This document shows positions 1-14,297 of a DNA stretch of 64,000 nucleotides, one piece after another. Source of the DNA: Escherichia coli. GTDB taxonomy: Bacteria > Pseudomonadota > Gammaproteobacteria > Enterobacterales > Enterobacteriaceae. Both the position numbers and the translations under genes were made by a program. The DNA is taken from the NCBI RefSeq assembly GCF_001677475.2, contig NZ_CP015229.1; one strand, given 5' to 3'. The notes under the pieces are model-generated. The model was given only the letters and a program-made list of their open reading frames with translations, was not told the origin of the DNA and did no database searches. Each line of letters opens with the position of its first letter. Position 1 is the first letter of the stretch.

Positions 1-90
1 CGCATGATCCGGGTAAGACGGTAGAAGGTTATCCTGCGCCTAAACGCGCGGTACTGATTGCGCGCAAGCCATAAAGGTCTGGTATTACTT

Positions 91-189
91 CCGGATGCGG
101 CGTGAACGCCTTATCCGGCCTACAAAGCCTTTTTAATTCAATATGTTGCATGGACTATGTAGGTCTGGTAAGCATAGCGCATCAGGCAG
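91..189. repeat. REP/BIME-type palindromic units in the intergenic region beyond the torZ 3' end
   Basis: Imperfect palindromes of the GCCGGATGCGGCG...CGCCTTATCCGGCCTACA type, near-identical to those at 46105..46206. Confidence 0.6.
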
Positions 190-238
190 TTTTACGTTTG
201 CATAACCTCAGCGCCCGTTTCCGGGCGCTTTTCACGTC

Positions 239-2668
239 TTACGCCTGAACAGCTGGCTGATCAAACGCCGTTAACTTCGGTGCATTGCCCGTATATTTTT
301 CGATATACACCAGCGCAGAGTTACCGGCACAGGCATTTGCCAGCTGAGAGCTGGGGATATCCGCCGTTAACACGTTCGCACTGCCGTTTTTACACAAGCC
401 ATTTTCCAGATCTGGCCATGCACCTTCATGCACGCATACCACGCCTTTTTTGATCCCGTCAGTCACCACCGCGCCTGTCAGAATCTGACCACGTTTGTTC
501 CAGACACGCACCAGATCGCCATTCGCAATACCAAAGCGAGCAGCATCTTCGGTGTGAATAGTGATCGGTTCACGATCGGCAACCGCATATTTTTTACGCA
601 GTTCCGCATAGTTAAGCTGACTGTGTAAACGGTGTGCCGGATGTGCGGTCAGAAGCTGCAACTGCTTATCGTCGGCGGAACCTTTCCACTCATCAGGCGC
701 AAGCCAGGTTGGGTGTGCCGGGCAATCCTTATAGCCAAATTTTTCCAGCGTTTTGGAGTAAATCTCAATTTTGCCGCTTGGCGTACCCAGCGCATTTTTC
801 ACCGGATCGGCGCGGAAATCACCATAACGAACGTACTGTTCGTTCTTCTCGCTGCGGCGCATTTCGATCAGTTTATTTTGCTGCCAGAAAGCATTAAACA
901 TCGGCATAGTCACGCGTTGCGCACGCGCACCTTTCTGAGCGGCATCATAGAAAAATTTCAGCCACGCCATTTCATCTCTACCTTCGGTATAGATCTCTTT
1001 TCCGCCAGGTTTGAGTAATTCAGCAAGATCGGCAAACACGTCAAAATCGTTACGCGCTTCAAATTGCGCAGCGACAGCCTGCTTCATCGGTACAATATGC
1101 TGGTTGCTGTAATCACCGGTCATCGTCAAGTCATTGCGCTCAAACGATGTGGTGATCGGTAATACGATATCTGCATGTTTAGCAGCTGCGGTCCAGTAGC
1201 ATTCAGAAACGACGATCATCTCCGGTTTCTGCCATGCTTTAATCAGACGATTAGTATCCTGGTGATGGGTAAAGTTACCGCCACCCGCCCACCAGATCAT
1301 TTTGATATTCGGATACGTTTGTTCTTTACCGTTATGCTGATATTTGCCGCCAGGATTTTCCAGCGCATCGACGATACGGGCAACAGGAATCGCCGTCATT
1401 CCGCCATCATCAGCGGCCTCGCTGGCCTGTCCGGCAATCGCCGCAGACATTTCCGGCAGCACGCCGCCAACACGCGTCGGGTTGCCACCGTTTGAGTAAT
1501 GATAAGAGAAACCAAACCCGCCGCCCGGTGTACCAATCTGCCCTAACATCGCCGCCAGCGTCACCAGCATCCAGTGTTTCTGTTCACCATATTGCTGGCC
1601 CTGAATTCCCCAGCCAGCCATCAGCATTGTGCGATTCGCCGCCATCAGTTCAGCGAGTTTGACTATCTGCGCTTCCGGTACGCCAGTAATTTCCGCCGCC
1701 CAGGCCGCGCTCTTCGGGGTATTATCGCTCTTACCTGTCAGATACTCTTCAAACTGCGGATATCCGGTAGTGTATTTTTCAAGGAACACTTTATCGTGTT
1801 TGCCTTGTGTCATCAGGGTATGCGCGATCCCTAACATCAGTGCCACGTCGGTGCCCATATTCGGCGCGATCCAGGTGGCATTATCGCCAAAGAATTCGAT
1901 GGTTTCGGAGCGGATAGGATCAATGGCAATCACTGGTTTGCCAGATTTTTTCAGCTGATGGAAGTATTCCAGCCCTTGCTCATCGGTACTGCTCCAGGCA
2001 ATTTTTAAGGTATTCAGCGGGTTCATCCCCCACAGCACCACAACCTGGCTGTTTTCCAGAATCAGCGGCCAGGAGGTCTGCTGTTCATACACCTCTACAG
2101 AACCGACCACATGCGGCATGATCACCTGTGCTGCCCCGGTTGAATAATCGCCGCTATGCCCGGAATAACCGCCCGCCAGGTTCATATAACGTTGCAGTAA
2201 GGTTTGCGCTTTATGCAACACGCCAGAAGAGCGCCAGCCGTAAGATCCGGCAAAAATGGCCGATGGTCCGTTAGCTTTACGAATACGATCATGTTGCTCA
2301 TGAATCAGTTTTAATGCTTGTTCCCAGCTCACCTGTACATAGGTATCTTCGCCACGACCTTTTGCCGGTTGCAGTGGATTATCGAGATAGCTTTTTCTCA
2401 CCATCGGATGCTGAATACGCGCCGTGGTGTGTACCTGATCCACCGCCGTAGACTGTAAGGAGTTCGGTATAGTTTTCGCCAGCGCGCCTGTTGAAGAAAC
2501 AATCTTGCCGTCCTTCACTTCTACGTTCATCGCTCCCCAACGGCCAGCGGTGAGGATTTTACCGCCCTTCTCTTCTGCCCATGCGGGTAGCGGTGCAGCC
2601 GATGTCACCACCAGCGCCCCAGCGGCAATACCGCTGTGTTTAATAAATTCACGTCTTGTTAATGTCAT
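239..2668 (-). CDS. torZ: Trimethylamine-N-oxide reductase 2 / biotin sulfoxide reductase family molybdoenzyme TorZ (BisZ)
   Basis: 815-aa ORF; product recognised from translation; twin-arginine motif TRREF near N-terminus; start set at MTLTRREF (809 aa) inside the ORF. Confidence 0.92.
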   Translation of the reverse strand: MTLTRREFIKHSGIAAGALVVTSAAPLPAWAEEKGGKILTAGRWGAMNVEVKDGKIVSSTGALAKTIPNSLQSTAVDQVHTTARIQHPMVRKSYLDNPLQPAKGRGEDTYVQVSWEQALKLIHEQHDRIRKANGPSAIFAGSYGWRSSGVLHKAQTLLQRYMNLAGGYSGHSGDYSTGAAQVIMPHVVGSVEVYEQQTSWPLILENSQVVVLWGMNPLNTLKIAWSSTDEQGLEYFHQLKKSGKPVIAIDPIRSETIEFFGDNATWIAPNMGTDVALMLGIAHTLMTQGKHDKVFLEKYTTGYPQFEEYLTGKSDNTPKSAAWAAEITGVPEAQIVKLAELMAANRTMLMAGWGIQGQQYGEQKHWMLVTLAAMLGQIGTPGGGFGFSYHYSNGGNPTRVGGVLPEMSAAIAGQASEAADDGGMTAIPVARIVDALENPGGKYQHNGKEQTYPNIKMIWWAGGGNFTHHQDTNRLIKAWQKPEMIVVSECYWTAAAKHADIVLPITTSFERNDLTMTGDYSNQHIVPMKQAVAAQFEARNDFDVFADLAELLKPGGKEIYTEGRDEMAWLKFFYDAAQKGARAQRVTMPMFNAFWQQNKLIEMRRSEKNEQYVRYGDFRADPVKNALGTPSGKIEIYSKTLEKFGYKDCPAHPTWLAPDEWKGSADDKQLQLLTAHPAHRLHSQLNYAELRKKYAVADREPITIHTEDAARFGIANGDLVRVWNKRGQILTGAVVTDGIKKGVVCVHEGAWPDLENGLCKNGSANVLTADIPSSQLANACAGNSALVYIEKYTGNAPKLTAFDQPAVQA

Positions 2669-2692
2669 AACTTCCTCCCTGATCAACGAGGA

Positions 2693-3793
2693 TCACTGTT
2701 TCTCGGTAATATCTTTGGCGTTGTACTGGAAGTACCGCGTCAAAATGTCCAGTTCGTTTTCGCTCATGCTGGTTCGCGCCCCCATTCCTTTGGCAATGGA
2801 CGGCCATGCATTGACGGTGTAATGGTCAGCGGCAATAGGCGCATGGCAACCAGCGCAATAGGTATCGTCAAGTTTTTCAGCGTATTGCCATAGCGGTTTA
2901 CGGTCCGCTAATGCGGGATCGGTAAGCGCACCCTGTAAAGACGCCTGACGCCATTGATTGCCGTATTCGTCAGCCTGCCATTCCCCGTTTACCGTGAGCG
3001 CCTTGATACCTTCTTCACTTAATGTGGCTAACGCCAGCCGTTGACCTGCCGCAAGGTAGAGCGTGTTTTCACTGCCCTGCATTTGATAACCCTGCAACAG
3101 AACGATCGGCTGTTTGCCACTGGCATCAACGACGGTGAGATCGGTACCAGGATTCACAGTAGCCAGTTCACCTATGCGAGAAGTTTTGAAAGGATAAATA
3201 TGTACGCCATTAGTCACTGAAGTAGCGGCCTGACTTTCCAGCTCATGCGCCGCGTTGTCATCCATTTTTATTTCTGGCGGAAAATGAGTAATGCCTTTAT
3301 GACAATCGATACAGGTTTCGCCGCCCTTTTGTGCTTTGTTATGCATTTTCTGCGCAGATTCACTTTGCGAGGCAATATCCATGGCATCAAAAGAATGGCA
3401 ACTACGGCACGTTGCAGAGTCAGTGGCTTTTAATTCTTTCCATACTGTTTCGGCCATTTCCTGGCGATGTGCTTCGAACTTATCGTCACTGTCTATTTTG
3501 CCGCTAACAAATTCATGATAAATATCTTTAGATGCTTTTAATTTAGCGAATAAATAATCCATCCCTGACTTTGGAATATGGCAATCGGCACATTCCGTAC
3601 GTATCCCTTTCTGGTTCGAAAAGTGGACAGTTCCCTGATATTCCTCAAAAGGTTTACTCATCGAGTGGCAGGAAAGGCAAAATGCGGTATCCGACGTTTT
3701 ATGTAAGACTTTTTGCGCCAGCAATAACCCGCCGCCACCCACCACTACTGCCATGAGCAGAAAAAATAACCAAATGCGTTTTTTCCCTCGCAT
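2693..3793 (-). CDS. torY: NapC/NirT-family multihaem c-type cytochrome TorY
   Basis: 366-aa ORF with several CxxCH haem motifs, 6 bp upstream of torZ (operon). Confidence 0.92.
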   Translation of the reverse strand: MRGKKRIWLFFLLMAVVVGGGGLLLAQKVLHKTSDTAFCLSCHSMSKPFEEYQGTVHFSNQKGIRTECADCHIPKSGMDYLFAKLKASKDIYHEFVSGKIDSDDKFEAHRQEMAETVWKELKATDSATCRSCHSFDAMDIASQSESAQKMHNKAQKGGETCIDCHKGITHFPPEIKMDDNAAHELESQAATSVTNGVHIYPFKTSRIGELATVNPGTDLTVVDASGKQPIVLLQGYQMQGSENTLYLAAGQRLALATLSEEGIKALTVNGEWQADEYGNQWRQASLQGALTDPALADRKPLWQYAEKLDDTYCAGCHAPIAADHYTVNAWPSIAKGMGARTSMSENELDILTRYFQYNAKDITEKQ

Positions 3794-4087
3794 AGATTCC
3801 TCTAATTAAATTCCAGTACACCGAACTAGTTGTATAAATAAATACACAACGAATTAATAACTCACTAAATTCGGCACAACACTGCCTGAAATAATCGACA
3901 AAGAATATGATTTATTGCAATTTAACCATTAATTATTAAAGAAGAAAGCAGTCGTTATTTTTAATACATATTTGGTAGTTTTAATAATTTAAATTACATA
4001 GCTAATATGAATATATATAACATTTTAGCAGCATGAATTTTCGCACTATCACACGATAGCTGTTCATTTTTTATACTGTTCAAGGAT

Positions 4088-4120
4088 AAAAAAAGGCCCC
4101 TGTTGAATGGGCAGGGGCCT
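4088..4120 (-). terminator. Rho-independent terminator downstream of cutC
   Basis: GC-rich hairpin AGGCCCCTG...CAGGGGCCT followed by a T-run on the minus strand. Confidence 0.5.
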
Positions 4121-4166
4121 GGTACGAGCAAGCATCATATTGGGCGACATGATGCAACGGTAAAAA

Positions 4167-4922
<756 letters not shown>

Positions 4923-4926
4923 TTAA

Positions 4927-5493
4927 TTACGCCGACTGCTCGCTGGCAACGATCTCTTCAATGGACCACGGATGAAATTTAATGGTCGTTTTGCCATCGG
5001 TGACCGCCAGCGTCGGATTCGGTAATCGTTCATGCTCACCTTTTGGCGAACTGGTTTTAACTGAGATCCCCGGTAGGCTGAGTCCTTCATCAGAAAGCAA
5101 TGCCAGCGCACGGGCATTCAGCGTTTCTGGATCACCCGGCAGAACGATTTCAATATGTTCCCAACCTTCGTGCGGGTAACGTTTTTCCCCGGGCCACGGT
5201 AGCTCCACAATGGAAAACTGCCAGTGCGCAACCTGTACCGGTTCATGCAATTTAAACAGACAAATCGGTCTGCCATTGATCATATTTTCTGACAAAAGCT
5301 CGCCGCACTGTTCAAACCCGCGACGCCAGCGTTCAGCTGTGGCGTTTTGATGGCAACGCAAAGAAATGTGATCGGCAGTCAGCGGAGTGATATCCAACCC
5401 CAGACGGCGGGAAAGTTCATCTAATGCGTGGGTAAATCGCGGTAAATCCGATGCAATATCCTGCAGCTCGTCGATAGATTGCCAGTTCGCCAT
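4927..5493 (-). CDS. yecM: YecM (VOC-like fold protein)
   Basis: 190-aa ORF; start set at MANWQSIDEL. Confidence 0.85.
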   Translation of the reverse strand: MANWQSIDELQDIASDLPRFTHALDELSRRLGLDITPLTADHISLRCHQNATAERWRRGFEQCGELLSENMINGRPICLFKLHEPVQVAHWQFSIVELPWPGEKRYPHEGWEHIEIVLPGDPETLNARALALLSDEGLSLPGISVKTSSPKGEHERLPNPTLAVTDGKTTIKFHPWSIEEIVASEQSA

Positions 5494-5708
5494 AATCACT
5501 CTTCGTCTTTCAGTAAAAGCGTTAATTTACCCTGTTGCCCTGCGCCAACCAACCGCTGATTTCACGCCGCTTCTGATGCAATAGTGAAAACGGCAATACG
5601 CCACGCGCACGTTGCTGACGAAAACAGCCATTTGCAGTATACTCCCGCCCTAATTTCTTTAACTGGTGCGGGTAATTTTTGCTCGCTTCATCAATGTAAG
5701 GTATTCCG

Positions 5709-7442
5709 GTGAATATTCAGGCTCTTCTCTCAGAAAAAGTCCGTCAGGCCATGATTGCGGCAGGCGCGCCTGCGGATTGCGAACCGCAGGTTCGTCAGTC
5801 AGCAAAAGTTCAGTTCGGCGACTATCAGGCTAACGGCATGATGGCAGTTGCTAAAAAACTGGGTATGGCACCGCGACAATTAGCAGAGCAGGTGCTGACT
5901 CATCTGGATCTTAACGGTATCGCCAGCAAAGTTGAGATCGCCGGTCCAGGCTTTATCAACATTTTCCTTGATCCGGCATTCCTGGCTGACCATGTTCAGC
6001 AGGCGCTGGCGTCCGATCGTCTCGGTGTTGCTACGCCAGAAAAACAGACCATTGTGGTTGACTACTCTGCGCCAAACGTGGCGAAAGAGATGCATGTCGG
6101 TCACCTGCGCTCTACCATTATTGGTGACGCAGCAGTTCGTACTCTGGAGTTCCTCGGTCACAAAGTGATTCGCGCAAACCACGTCGGCGACTGGGGCACT
6201 CAGTTCGGTATGCTGATTGCATGGCTGGAAAAGCAGCAGCAGGAAAACGCCGGTGAAATGGAGCTGGCTGACCTTGAAGGTTTCTACCGCGATGCGAAAA
6301 AGCATTACGATGAAGATGAAGAGTTCGCCGAGCGCGCACGTAACTACGTGGTAAAACTGCAAAGCGGTGACGAATACTTCCGCGAGATGTGGCGCAAACT
6401 GGTCGACATCACCATGACGCAGAACCAGATCACCTACGATCGTCTGAACGTGACGTTGACCCGCGATGACGTCATGGGTGAAAGTCTCTACAACCCAATG
6501 CTGCCGGGTATCGTGGCGGACCTGAAAGCCAAAGGTCTGGCAGTAGAAAGTGAAGGCGCGACCGTCGTATTCCTTGATGAGTTCAAAAACAAGGAAGGCG
6601 AACCGATGGGCGTGATCATTCAGAAGAAAGATGGCGGCTATCTCTACACCACCACTGATATCGCCTGTGCGAAATATCGTTATGAAACACTGCATGCCGA
6701 TCGCGTGCTGTATTACATCGACTCCCGTCAGCATCAACACCTGATGCAGGCGTGGGCTATCGTCCGCAAAGCAGGCTATGTACCGGAATCCGTACCGCTG
6801 GAACACCACATGTTCGGCATGATGCTGGGTAAAGACGGCAAACCGTTCAAAACCCGTGCTGGCGGTACGGTGAAACTGGCCGATCTGCTGGATGAAGCCC
6901 TGGAACGCGCACGCCGTCTGGTGGCAGAGAAAAACCCGGACATGCCAGCTGACGAGCTGGAAAAACTGGCTAACGCGGTTGGTATTGGTGCGGTGAAATA
7001 TGCGGATCTCTCCAAAAACCGCACTACCGACTACATCTTCGACTGGGACAACATGCTGGCGTTTGAGGGTAATACCGCGCCATACATGCAGTATGCTTAC
7101 ACGCGTGTATTGTCCGTGTTCCGTAAAGCAGAAATTGACGAAGAGCAACTGGCTGCAGCTCCGGTTATCATCCGTGAAGATCGTGAAGCGCAACTGGCAG
7201 CTCGCCTGCTGCAGTTTGAAGAAACCCTCACCGTGGTTGCCCGTGAAGGCACGCCGCATGTGATGTGTGCTTACCTGTACGATCTGGCTGGTCTGTTCTC
7301 TGGCTTCTACGAGCACTGCCCGATCCTCAGCGCAGAAAACGAAGAAGTGCGTAACAGCCGTCTGAAACTGGCACAACTGACGGCGAAGACGCTGAAACTG
7401 GGTCTGGATACGCTGGGTATTGAGACAGTAGAGCGTATGTAA
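5709..7442 (+). CDS. argS: Arginine--tRNA ligase
   Basis: 577-aa ORF with class I HVGH motif (MHVGHLRS). Confidence 0.97.
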   Translation: MNIQALLSEKVRQAMIAAGAPADCEPQVRQSAKVQFGDYQANGMMAVAKKLGMAPRQLAEQVLTHLDLNGIASKVEIAGPGFINIFLDPAFLADHVQQALASDRLGVATPEKQTIVVDYSAPNVAKEMHVGHLRSTIIGDAAVRTLEFLGHKVIRANHVGDWGTQFGMLIAWLEKQQQENAGEMELADLEGFYRDAKKHYDEDEEFAERARNYVVKLQSGDEYFREMWRKLVDITMTQNQITYDRLNVTLTRDDVMGESLYNPMLPGIVADLKAKGLAVESEGATVVFLDEFKNKEGEPMGVIIQKKDGGYLYTTTDIACAKYRYETLHADRVLYYIDSRQHQHLMQAWAIVRKAGYVPESVPLEHHMFGMMLGKDGKPFKTRAGGTVKLADLLDEALERARRLVAEKNPDMPADELEKLANAVGIGAVKYADLSKNRTTDYIFDWDNMLAFEGNTAPYMQYAYTRVLSVFRKAEIDEEQLAAAPVIIREDREAQLAARLLQFEETLTVVAREGTPHVMCAYLYDLAGLFSGFYEHCPILSAENEEVRNSRLKLAQLTAKTLKLGLDTLGIETVERM

Positions 7443-7456
7443 TCGCGTTATACGGC

Positions 7457-7490
7457 AAAAGCCGATGTCATAGCAGACATCGGCTTTTTT
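7457..7490 (+). terminator. Rho-independent terminator after argS (possibly bidirectional with flhE)
   Basis: AAAAGCCGATGTC...GACATCGGCTTTTTT hairpin with flanking A and T runs. Confidence 0.6.
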
Positions 7491-7494
7491 ATCA

Positions 7495-7887
7495 TTAACG
7501 ATAATTCACAATCACTTCATTCCGTTGTACCTTTAGCGGCGGAATTAACCGCCCACCGCCAGGCACTTCCCAGATAAATCGCAACGGTTCTATCGCCGGT
7601 ATACCGGAAAAGGCCACGGTGGTTCCACTCTGCCCTTCTAATTCGACACAACGAGATTGTGAACACAAGCGAACCCGCAGTCCTGCAGGTGTCGGGCCGA
7701 TAAGCTGATAACGCCACGCCACCAGCGTCATCAATCCTGCAGCAGGTTGTCGCGTAGAAAGAGGCGCTGACGACATCGACTCACCACGGTGATTCAGCGT
7801 AACGCCCACACTACTCGCCTGCCACATCCCCTCCCCGGCGGCTTGCACCAGCAGCGGAAACAATAATATTGCTAATAAGGTTCTCAT
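7495..7887 (-). CDS. flhE: Flagellar protein FlhE
   Basis: 131-aa ORF with signal peptide, last gene of flhBAE; start set at second Met (MRTLLAILLF). Confidence 0.9.
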   Translation of the reverse strand: MRTLLAILLFPLLVQAAGEGMWQASSVGVTLNHRGESMSSAPLSTRQPAAGLMTLVAWRYQLIGPTPAGLRVRLCSQSRCVELEGQSGTTVAFSGIPAIEPLRFIWEVPGGGRLIPPLKVQRNEVIVNYR

Positions 7888-9965
7888 CATTTACCGCCAA
7901 TTGTCGCCGTCATGCGGATATGTCGGTTATCAGATAGTTCCAGATTCGACAGCACCACTAACTGCGGCAGACTGCGGCGCAGAAAGCGAGACAATAATGG
8001 TCGCAGCGCGTGGTTCACCAACAATACTGGCGGCGCACCCAACATCTCCTGACGGGATAGAGCTTCCTGAGTTTGCGCCAGTAAACGATCCGCCAATCCT
8101 GGCTCCAGTCCTCCCCCGCCCTGCAGCGCCTGTAGTAACAAACGTTCTAGCGGTGTATCGAGGCCAATAACATGGACTTCATCTTTGCCAGGAAACCACT
8201 GCTGGGTAATCGCCCGTCCCAACGCCACGCGCACGACGGCGGTTAATTCATGTGGATCGCTTTGGATGGGCGCATGTTCCGCCAGCGTTTCGAGAATGGT
8301 GCGCATATCGCGAATCGGTACTTTTTCATCGAGGAGATTTTGCAGCACTTTATGCAGTGTGGTGAGCGTGACGACGCCAGGAACGAGATCTTCCGTCAGC
8401 TTTGGCATCTCCTGGGCGACGCGATCCAACAGCTGTTGCGCCTCCTGACGACCAAACAGCTCTGCGGCATGCTGGCTAATGAGGTGGTTAAGATGCGTTG
8501 CTACCACCGTGCTGGCCTCAACCACTGTGTACCCCTGAGTCTGCGCCTGTTCTTTTAGCGCACTTTCAATCCAGATAGCATTCAGGCCAAATGCCGGATC
8601 GACGGTCGCCTCACCAGGTAACGTCCCGGCAGCGGTACCAGGGTTAATTGCCAGCCAGCGCCCCGGATAAGCATCACCACTGCCAATCTCTACGCCTTTC
8701 ATCAAAATACGATAACGTGCCGGTTGCAGATCCATATTGTCGCGAATGTGCACCACCGGCGGCAAGAAGCCCATTTCCTGAGCAAATTTCTTACGAATAC
8801 TACGAATACGGCCCAGCAACTCGCCATCTTGTTGGAAATCAACCATCGGGATCAGTCGATAACCCACTTCCATTCCCAGAGAATCTTCCAGTTGTACATC
8901 GTTCCACGTCGCTTCGACAACGGTATTATTCTCTGCCATTTTTACCGGTTTGGGTTCGGCAGGCGCTTTTTGTTCGCGTCCGCGTATCCACCAGGCCAGC
9001 CCGAGCAATCCGGCAGTGAACAGCAAAAATACCAGGTTCGGCATTCCAGGCACCAGGCCGAGTAAACCGAGCACGGCGGCGCTTAACAACATAACGCTCG
9101 GGTTACTGAAAAGCTGATTCACCATCTGCTCGCCAACATCCTGATCGGTGCTGACACGCGTAACGATGACTCCCGCGGCGGTAGAAATCACCAGCGCCGG
9201 GATTTGTGCCACCAGACCGTCGCCAATGGTCAATAGCGTATAACTTTCCGCAGCGTGTCCCATGCTCATGCCATGTTGCAGCACACCGACCAGCAATCCG
9301 CCGACAACGTTAATGACCATGATGAGGATCCCGGCGATGGCATCGCCGCGAACAAACTTACTTGCCCCGTCCATTGAGCCGTAAAAATCGGCTTCCTGAG
9401 TCACTTCGGAGCGGCGTTTTTTCGCCTCATCTTCACCAATCAATCCGGCGTTAAGGTCGGCGTCAATCGCCATCTGCTTACCCGGCATACCATCGAGAAC
9501 AAAGCGCGCACCCACTTCTGCGATACGCCCGGCACCTTTGGTAATGACCATAAAGTTGATGATCACGAGAATGACAAACACCACGATACCGATAGCGAAA
9601 TTGCCACCAACGAGGAAGTGACCGAACGCTTCGACCACCTTTCCAGCCGCCGCCGCGCCGGTATGACCTTCCATCAAAATGATACGGGTTGAAGCCACGT
9701 TAAGTGCGAGACGCAACAGCGTGGTAAACAACAGAATGGTCGGAAACGCAGCAAACTCGAGCGTGCGCTGGGTAAACATCGCCACCAGCAACACCATGAT
9801 CGACAAGGCAATATTGAAGGTAAACAACAGGTCGAGTATGAATGCGGGCAGTGGCAGCACCATCATCGACAAGATCAGCAGGATCAAAATCGGTCCGGCA
9901 AGGATCTGCCATTGTGTCGATTTCAGGTTTGCAGGCAGGCGCAGCATCGCGGCCAGATTACTCAT
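7887..9965 (-). CDS. flhA: Flagellar export apparatus protein FlhA
   Basis: 717-aa ORF; start set at internal MSNLAAMLRLP giving 692 aa. Confidence 0.95.
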   Translation of the reverse strand: MSNLAAMLRLPANLKSTQWQILAGPILILLILSMMVLPLPAFILDLLFTFNIALSIMVLLVAMFTQRTLEFAAFPTILLFTTLLRLALNVASTRIILMEGHTGAAAAGKVVEAFGHFLVGGNFAIGIVVFVILVIINFMVITKGAGRIAEVGARFVLDGMPGKQMAIDADLNAGLIGEDEAKKRRSEVTQEADFYGSMDGASKFVRGDAIAGILIMVINVVGGLLVGVLQHGMSMGHAAESYTLLTIGDGLVAQIPALVISTAAGVIVTRVSTDQDVGEQMVNQLFSNPSVMLLSAAVLGLLGLVPGMPNLVFLLFTAGLLGLAWWIRGREQKAPAEPKPVKMAENNTVVEATWNDVQLEDSLGMEVGYRLIPMVDFQQDGELLGRIRSIRKKFAQEMGFLPPVVHIRDNMDLQPARYRILMKGVEIGSGDAYPGRWLAINPGTAAGTLPGEATVDPAFGLNAIWIESALKEQAQTQGYTVVEASTVVATHLNHLISQHAAELFGRQEAQQLLDRVAQEMPKLTEDLVPGVVTLTTLHKVLQNLLDEKVPIRDMRTILETLAEHAPIQSDPHELTAVVRVALGRAITQQWFPGKDEVHVIGLDTPLERLLLQALQGGGGLEPGLADRLLAQTQEALSRQEMLGAPPVLLVNHALRPLLSRFLRRSLPQLVVLSNLELSDNRHIRMTATIGGK

Positions 9966-11106
9966 GGGTCGGTTTCTCGTTAATAAAATCCAGGGCTTCC
10001 GGCACCGGAAGATGAGTAGGTTGTACAGGGCGCTGTCCACCAGCCAGACGCCAGCGTTTCAGTTGCCAGACCCAGGCCAGCACTTCCGCCACTGCGGCGT
10101 ACAGTTGACCCGGGATTTGTTGACCGATCTCCGCATGTCGATACAGCGCTCGCGCCAGCGGCGGCGCTTCAAGCGTCGGGACGTTATTTTCAGCGCCAAT
10201 TTCACGAATGCGCAGCGCGACCAGCCCTGCACCTTTAGCGACCACTTTCGGTGCGCTCATTTTGTTTTCGTCATACTGCAACGCTACCGAATAGTGGGTC
10301 GGGTTATTGACAATGACATCCGCTTTCGGCACATCGGCCATCATCCGACGCCGTGCAGCAGCTCGCTGCATCTGACGGATCCGTCCTTTAACATGGGGGT
10401 CGCCTTCGCTTTGTTTGAACTCATCACGAATATCCTGCCGCGACATTCGCAGCTTTTTCAGGTGGCTGAAGATTTGGAAAAAGACGTCAAATCCCACCAT
10501 TGGAATGACACCAAGCACCACCAGCAGTGCGCATAGCCCTACCAAATCCATCGCATTACCCATGGCGGTAATCGGAGACTCGGCCATTAAGCGCATCATC
10601 TGCGGCCAGTGATGCCAGAGAAAAAACCCCGTCACGCTGCCAACCAGGATGGTTTTCAAAATTGCTTTAAGTAACTCCGCGCCAGTCTGTGCCGAGAACA
10701 TCCGTTTAATGCCCGGTAGCGGGTTGAGTTTGGAAAACTTCGGCTGCAAGGATTTGCCGCTAAATACCAGCCCTCCCAGCATGACCGGAGAAATGAGCGC
10801 CACCAGCACCACGCCGCTAATCAGCGGCAGCAGCGCCAGCATGGCTTCTCTGATCAGCAGAATAATTTGCCCGAGGATCAGATTCGGGTCATTGATAATA
10901 CTGTGATCAAAATGCAGCCCAGCGGAGAGCATGCCCGACAATCGACGGGCCAGCGACACACCGCCAAACCAGATAACACTAACGCCTACCAGCAAAATCA
11001 GCAGTGAAGTCAGTTCACGGGAACGCGGGATTTGCCCCTCTTCCCGCGCTTTTTCTAGTCGGTGAGGTGTGGGGGCTTCTGTTTTGTCGTCGCTCTCGTC
11101 AGACAC
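9958..11106 (-). CDS. flhB: Flagellar export apparatus protein FlhB
   Basis: 382-aa ORF with NPTH autocleavage motif; 8-nt overlap with flhA. Confidence 0.95.
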   Translation of the reverse strand: MSDESDDKTEAPTPHRLEKAREEGQIPRSRELTSLLILLVGVSVIWFGGVSLARRLSGMLSAGLHFDHSIINDPNLILGQIILLIREAMLALLPLISGVVLVALISPVMLGGLVFSGKSLQPKFSKLNPLPGIKRMFSAQTGAELLKAILKTILVGSVTGFFLWHHWPQMMRLMAESPITAMGNAMDLVGLCALLVVLGVIPMVGFDVFFQIFSHLKKLRMSRQDIRDEFKQSEGDPHVKGRIRQMQRAAARRRMMADVPKADVIVNNPTHYSVALQYDENKMSAPKVVAKGAGLVALRIREIGAENNVPTLEAPPLARALYRHAEIGQQIPGQLYAAVAEVLAWVWQLKRWRLAGGQRPVQPTHLPVPEALDFINEKPTHE

Positions 11107-11236
11107 GTCGCCAATCCTGGAAAGAGTATTAAGCGTAAATGATGCCAGATCGCAAAGCGTTCAATGGTTTGAGTAAGGGGCAAAACAGGCGGGATTTAGG
11201 GCTTTTGCTGCCACACATCAAGCATAGTGTGCGTTT

Positions 11237-11266
11237 GTCGGATGCGGCGTCATCGCGTTATCCGAC
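11237..11266. repeat. REP-like palindrome in the cheZ-flhB intergenic region
   Basis: GTCGGATGCGGCG...CGTTATCCGAC inverted repeat. Confidence 0.4.
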
Positions 11267-11307
11267 CGCCTGATATGACGTAGTCACGCCACATCAGGCA
11301 ATACAAA

Positions 11308-11952
11308 TCAAAATCCAAGACTATCCAACAAATCGTCCACCTGATCCTGACTGGCTACCACACCGGCTTTGCTGGTATCGACCTGAGGTCCATTAAGCAA
11401 ACTCTGGTTTTCACGCTTTGGACGCGACTCCTGTTCCGGGATGTTTTCCAACAGCACCATCAGCAACTGGCGTTCGATCTCCTGAATGACATCCATCATC
11501 CGCTTAATGACCTGTCCGGTGAGATCCTGAAAATCCTGCGCCATCATGATTTCCAGCAGTTGCGCGTTAGTAAAGCTGGTATGCGCGGGGACATCTGCCA
11601 GAAATTGCCGCGTATCTGTTACCAGTTCACGGGCGTCGGCAAGGTCAATCGGATCGGCAAACCAGTCATCCCAACGTTGGGTTAACGCTTTTGCTGATTT
11701 CTCCATTTGATCCTGATGCGGTTGTGACGCCTCAACACTGTTCAGCGCCCGCTCCGCAGCCTGGGCGGTCATCTGCACAACATAGTACAAACGATCGCGC
11801 GCATCGGGGATGGCTTCCGCCGCTTCGGCAATGGCCTGATCCAGCCCCAGTTCCCGCAAACTGTCGCGCAGCATACGCGTCAGGCTGCCGATGCGCGCAA
11901 TGATATCGCCAGCTGAATACTCGTCAGCAGGTTTGATTGATGGTTGCATCAT
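11308..11952 (-). CDS. cheZ: CheY-phosphate phosphatase CheZ
   Basis: 224-aa ORF; start set at [10 protein letters not shown] (214 aa). Confidence 0.93.
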   Translation of the reverse strand: MMQPSIKPADEYSAGDIIARIGSLTRMLRDSLRELGLDQAIAEAAEAIPDARDRLYYVVQMTAQAAERALNSVEASQPHQDQMEKSAKALTQRWDDWFADPIDLADARELVTDTRQFLADVPAHTSFTNAQLLEIMMAQDFQDLTGQVIKRMMDVIQEIERQLLMVLLENIPEQESRPKRENQSLLNGPQVDTSKAGVVASQDQVDDLLDSLGF

Positions 11953-11962
11953 AGTCGCATCC

Positions 11963-13416
<1,454 letters not shown>

Positions 13417-13418
13417 CG

Positions 13419-14279
13419 TTAATCCTTACTTAGCGCATACACCGTCTGACCACGCAGCGTGAAGCGGCGCTCGAGGTGGCTAAAGTTTTCAGAGTGACCC
13501 GCAAACAGCAATCCGTCGGGTTTAAGGAGCGAAACAAAGCGGCGCAAAATCTCCTGCTGGGTAGTTTGATCGAAGTAGATCATGACGTTACGACAGAAGA
13601 TCGCATCAAACGGCCCCGGCACGGTGTACTGTTTCGCCAGTAGATTCAGCGGGGTAAAATCAACATAGTTCGCCAGCTCCTGACGCACGCGTACCAGCCC
13701 TTCATGCGGTCCCGTCCCTCGCATGAAATACCGTTGCAGTTGCTGCGGCGTCAGGTTTTTCAACTCTTCATGGCGATAAATAGCGCTTCTGGCTTTTTCC
13801 AGCACTTCGGTGTCGATATCGCTGGCAAACACTTTCCAGCGTCCGGGCGCTGTGCCCAATGTGTCAGCCAGCGTCATCGCAATGCTGTACGGCTCTTCGC
13901 CGGTCGAAGCCGCCGCGCTCCATACGCGATACTCGCCAGAACGGCGACGTGCGTGATCCGCGAGCAGAGGGAAATGATGAGCCTCACGGAAAAATGCTGT
14001 CAGATTCGTGGTCAACGAATTGATAAACGCCTGCCACTCACCGCTGTGCTGATTAGATTCCAGCAAGTTCAGGTAATGGCCGAAATCCGTCAGTCCCAGC
14101 GAACGCAAACGACGAACCAGTCGGTTGTAAACCATGTCGCGTTTATGATCGGCCAGGACGATCCCGGCTCGTTGATAGATCAATTGACTTATCCGCCGAA
14201 AATGCGCGTCGGAAAGCGCCAGGCGCTCGGTCATCTGTAACAATAAAGACGTTTGCCCACAGGGCAGAGATGAAGTCAT
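13419..14279 (-). CDS. cheR: Chemotaxis methyltransferase CheR
   Basis: 286-aa ORF, product recognised from translation. Confidence 0.96.
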   Translation of the reverse strand: MTSSLPCGQTSLLLQMTERLALSDAHFRRISQLIYQRAGIVLADHKRDMVYNRLVRRLRSLGLTDFGHYLNLLESNQHSGEWQAFINSLTTNLTAFFREAHHFPLLADHARRRSGEYRVWSAAASTGEEPYSIAMTLADTLGTAPGRWKVFASDIDTEVLEKARSAIYRHEELKNLTPQQLQRYFMRGTGPHEGLVRVRQELANYVDFTPLNLLAKQYTVPGPFDAIFCRNVMIYFDQTTQQEILRRFVSLLKPDGLLFAGHSENFSHLERRFTLRGQTVYALSKD

Positions 14280-14297
14280 AGCGCCTTCTCAATCACT

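Noticed and set aside
209-232. Hairpin next to the torZ stop as an intrinsic terminator
   Set aside because: GC-rich hairpin is present but lacks a convincing U-run in either orientation; may be part of the BIME region.
5880-7376. 498-aa ORF on the minus strand antisense to argS
   Set aside because: Lies entirely within the well-supported argS coding sequence on the opposite strand; long antisense ORFs are common in GC-balanced coding DNA. Treated as spurious, as are the other antisense ORFs in the track within flhA/flhB, tar/tap, cheA, otsA, amyA and yedE.
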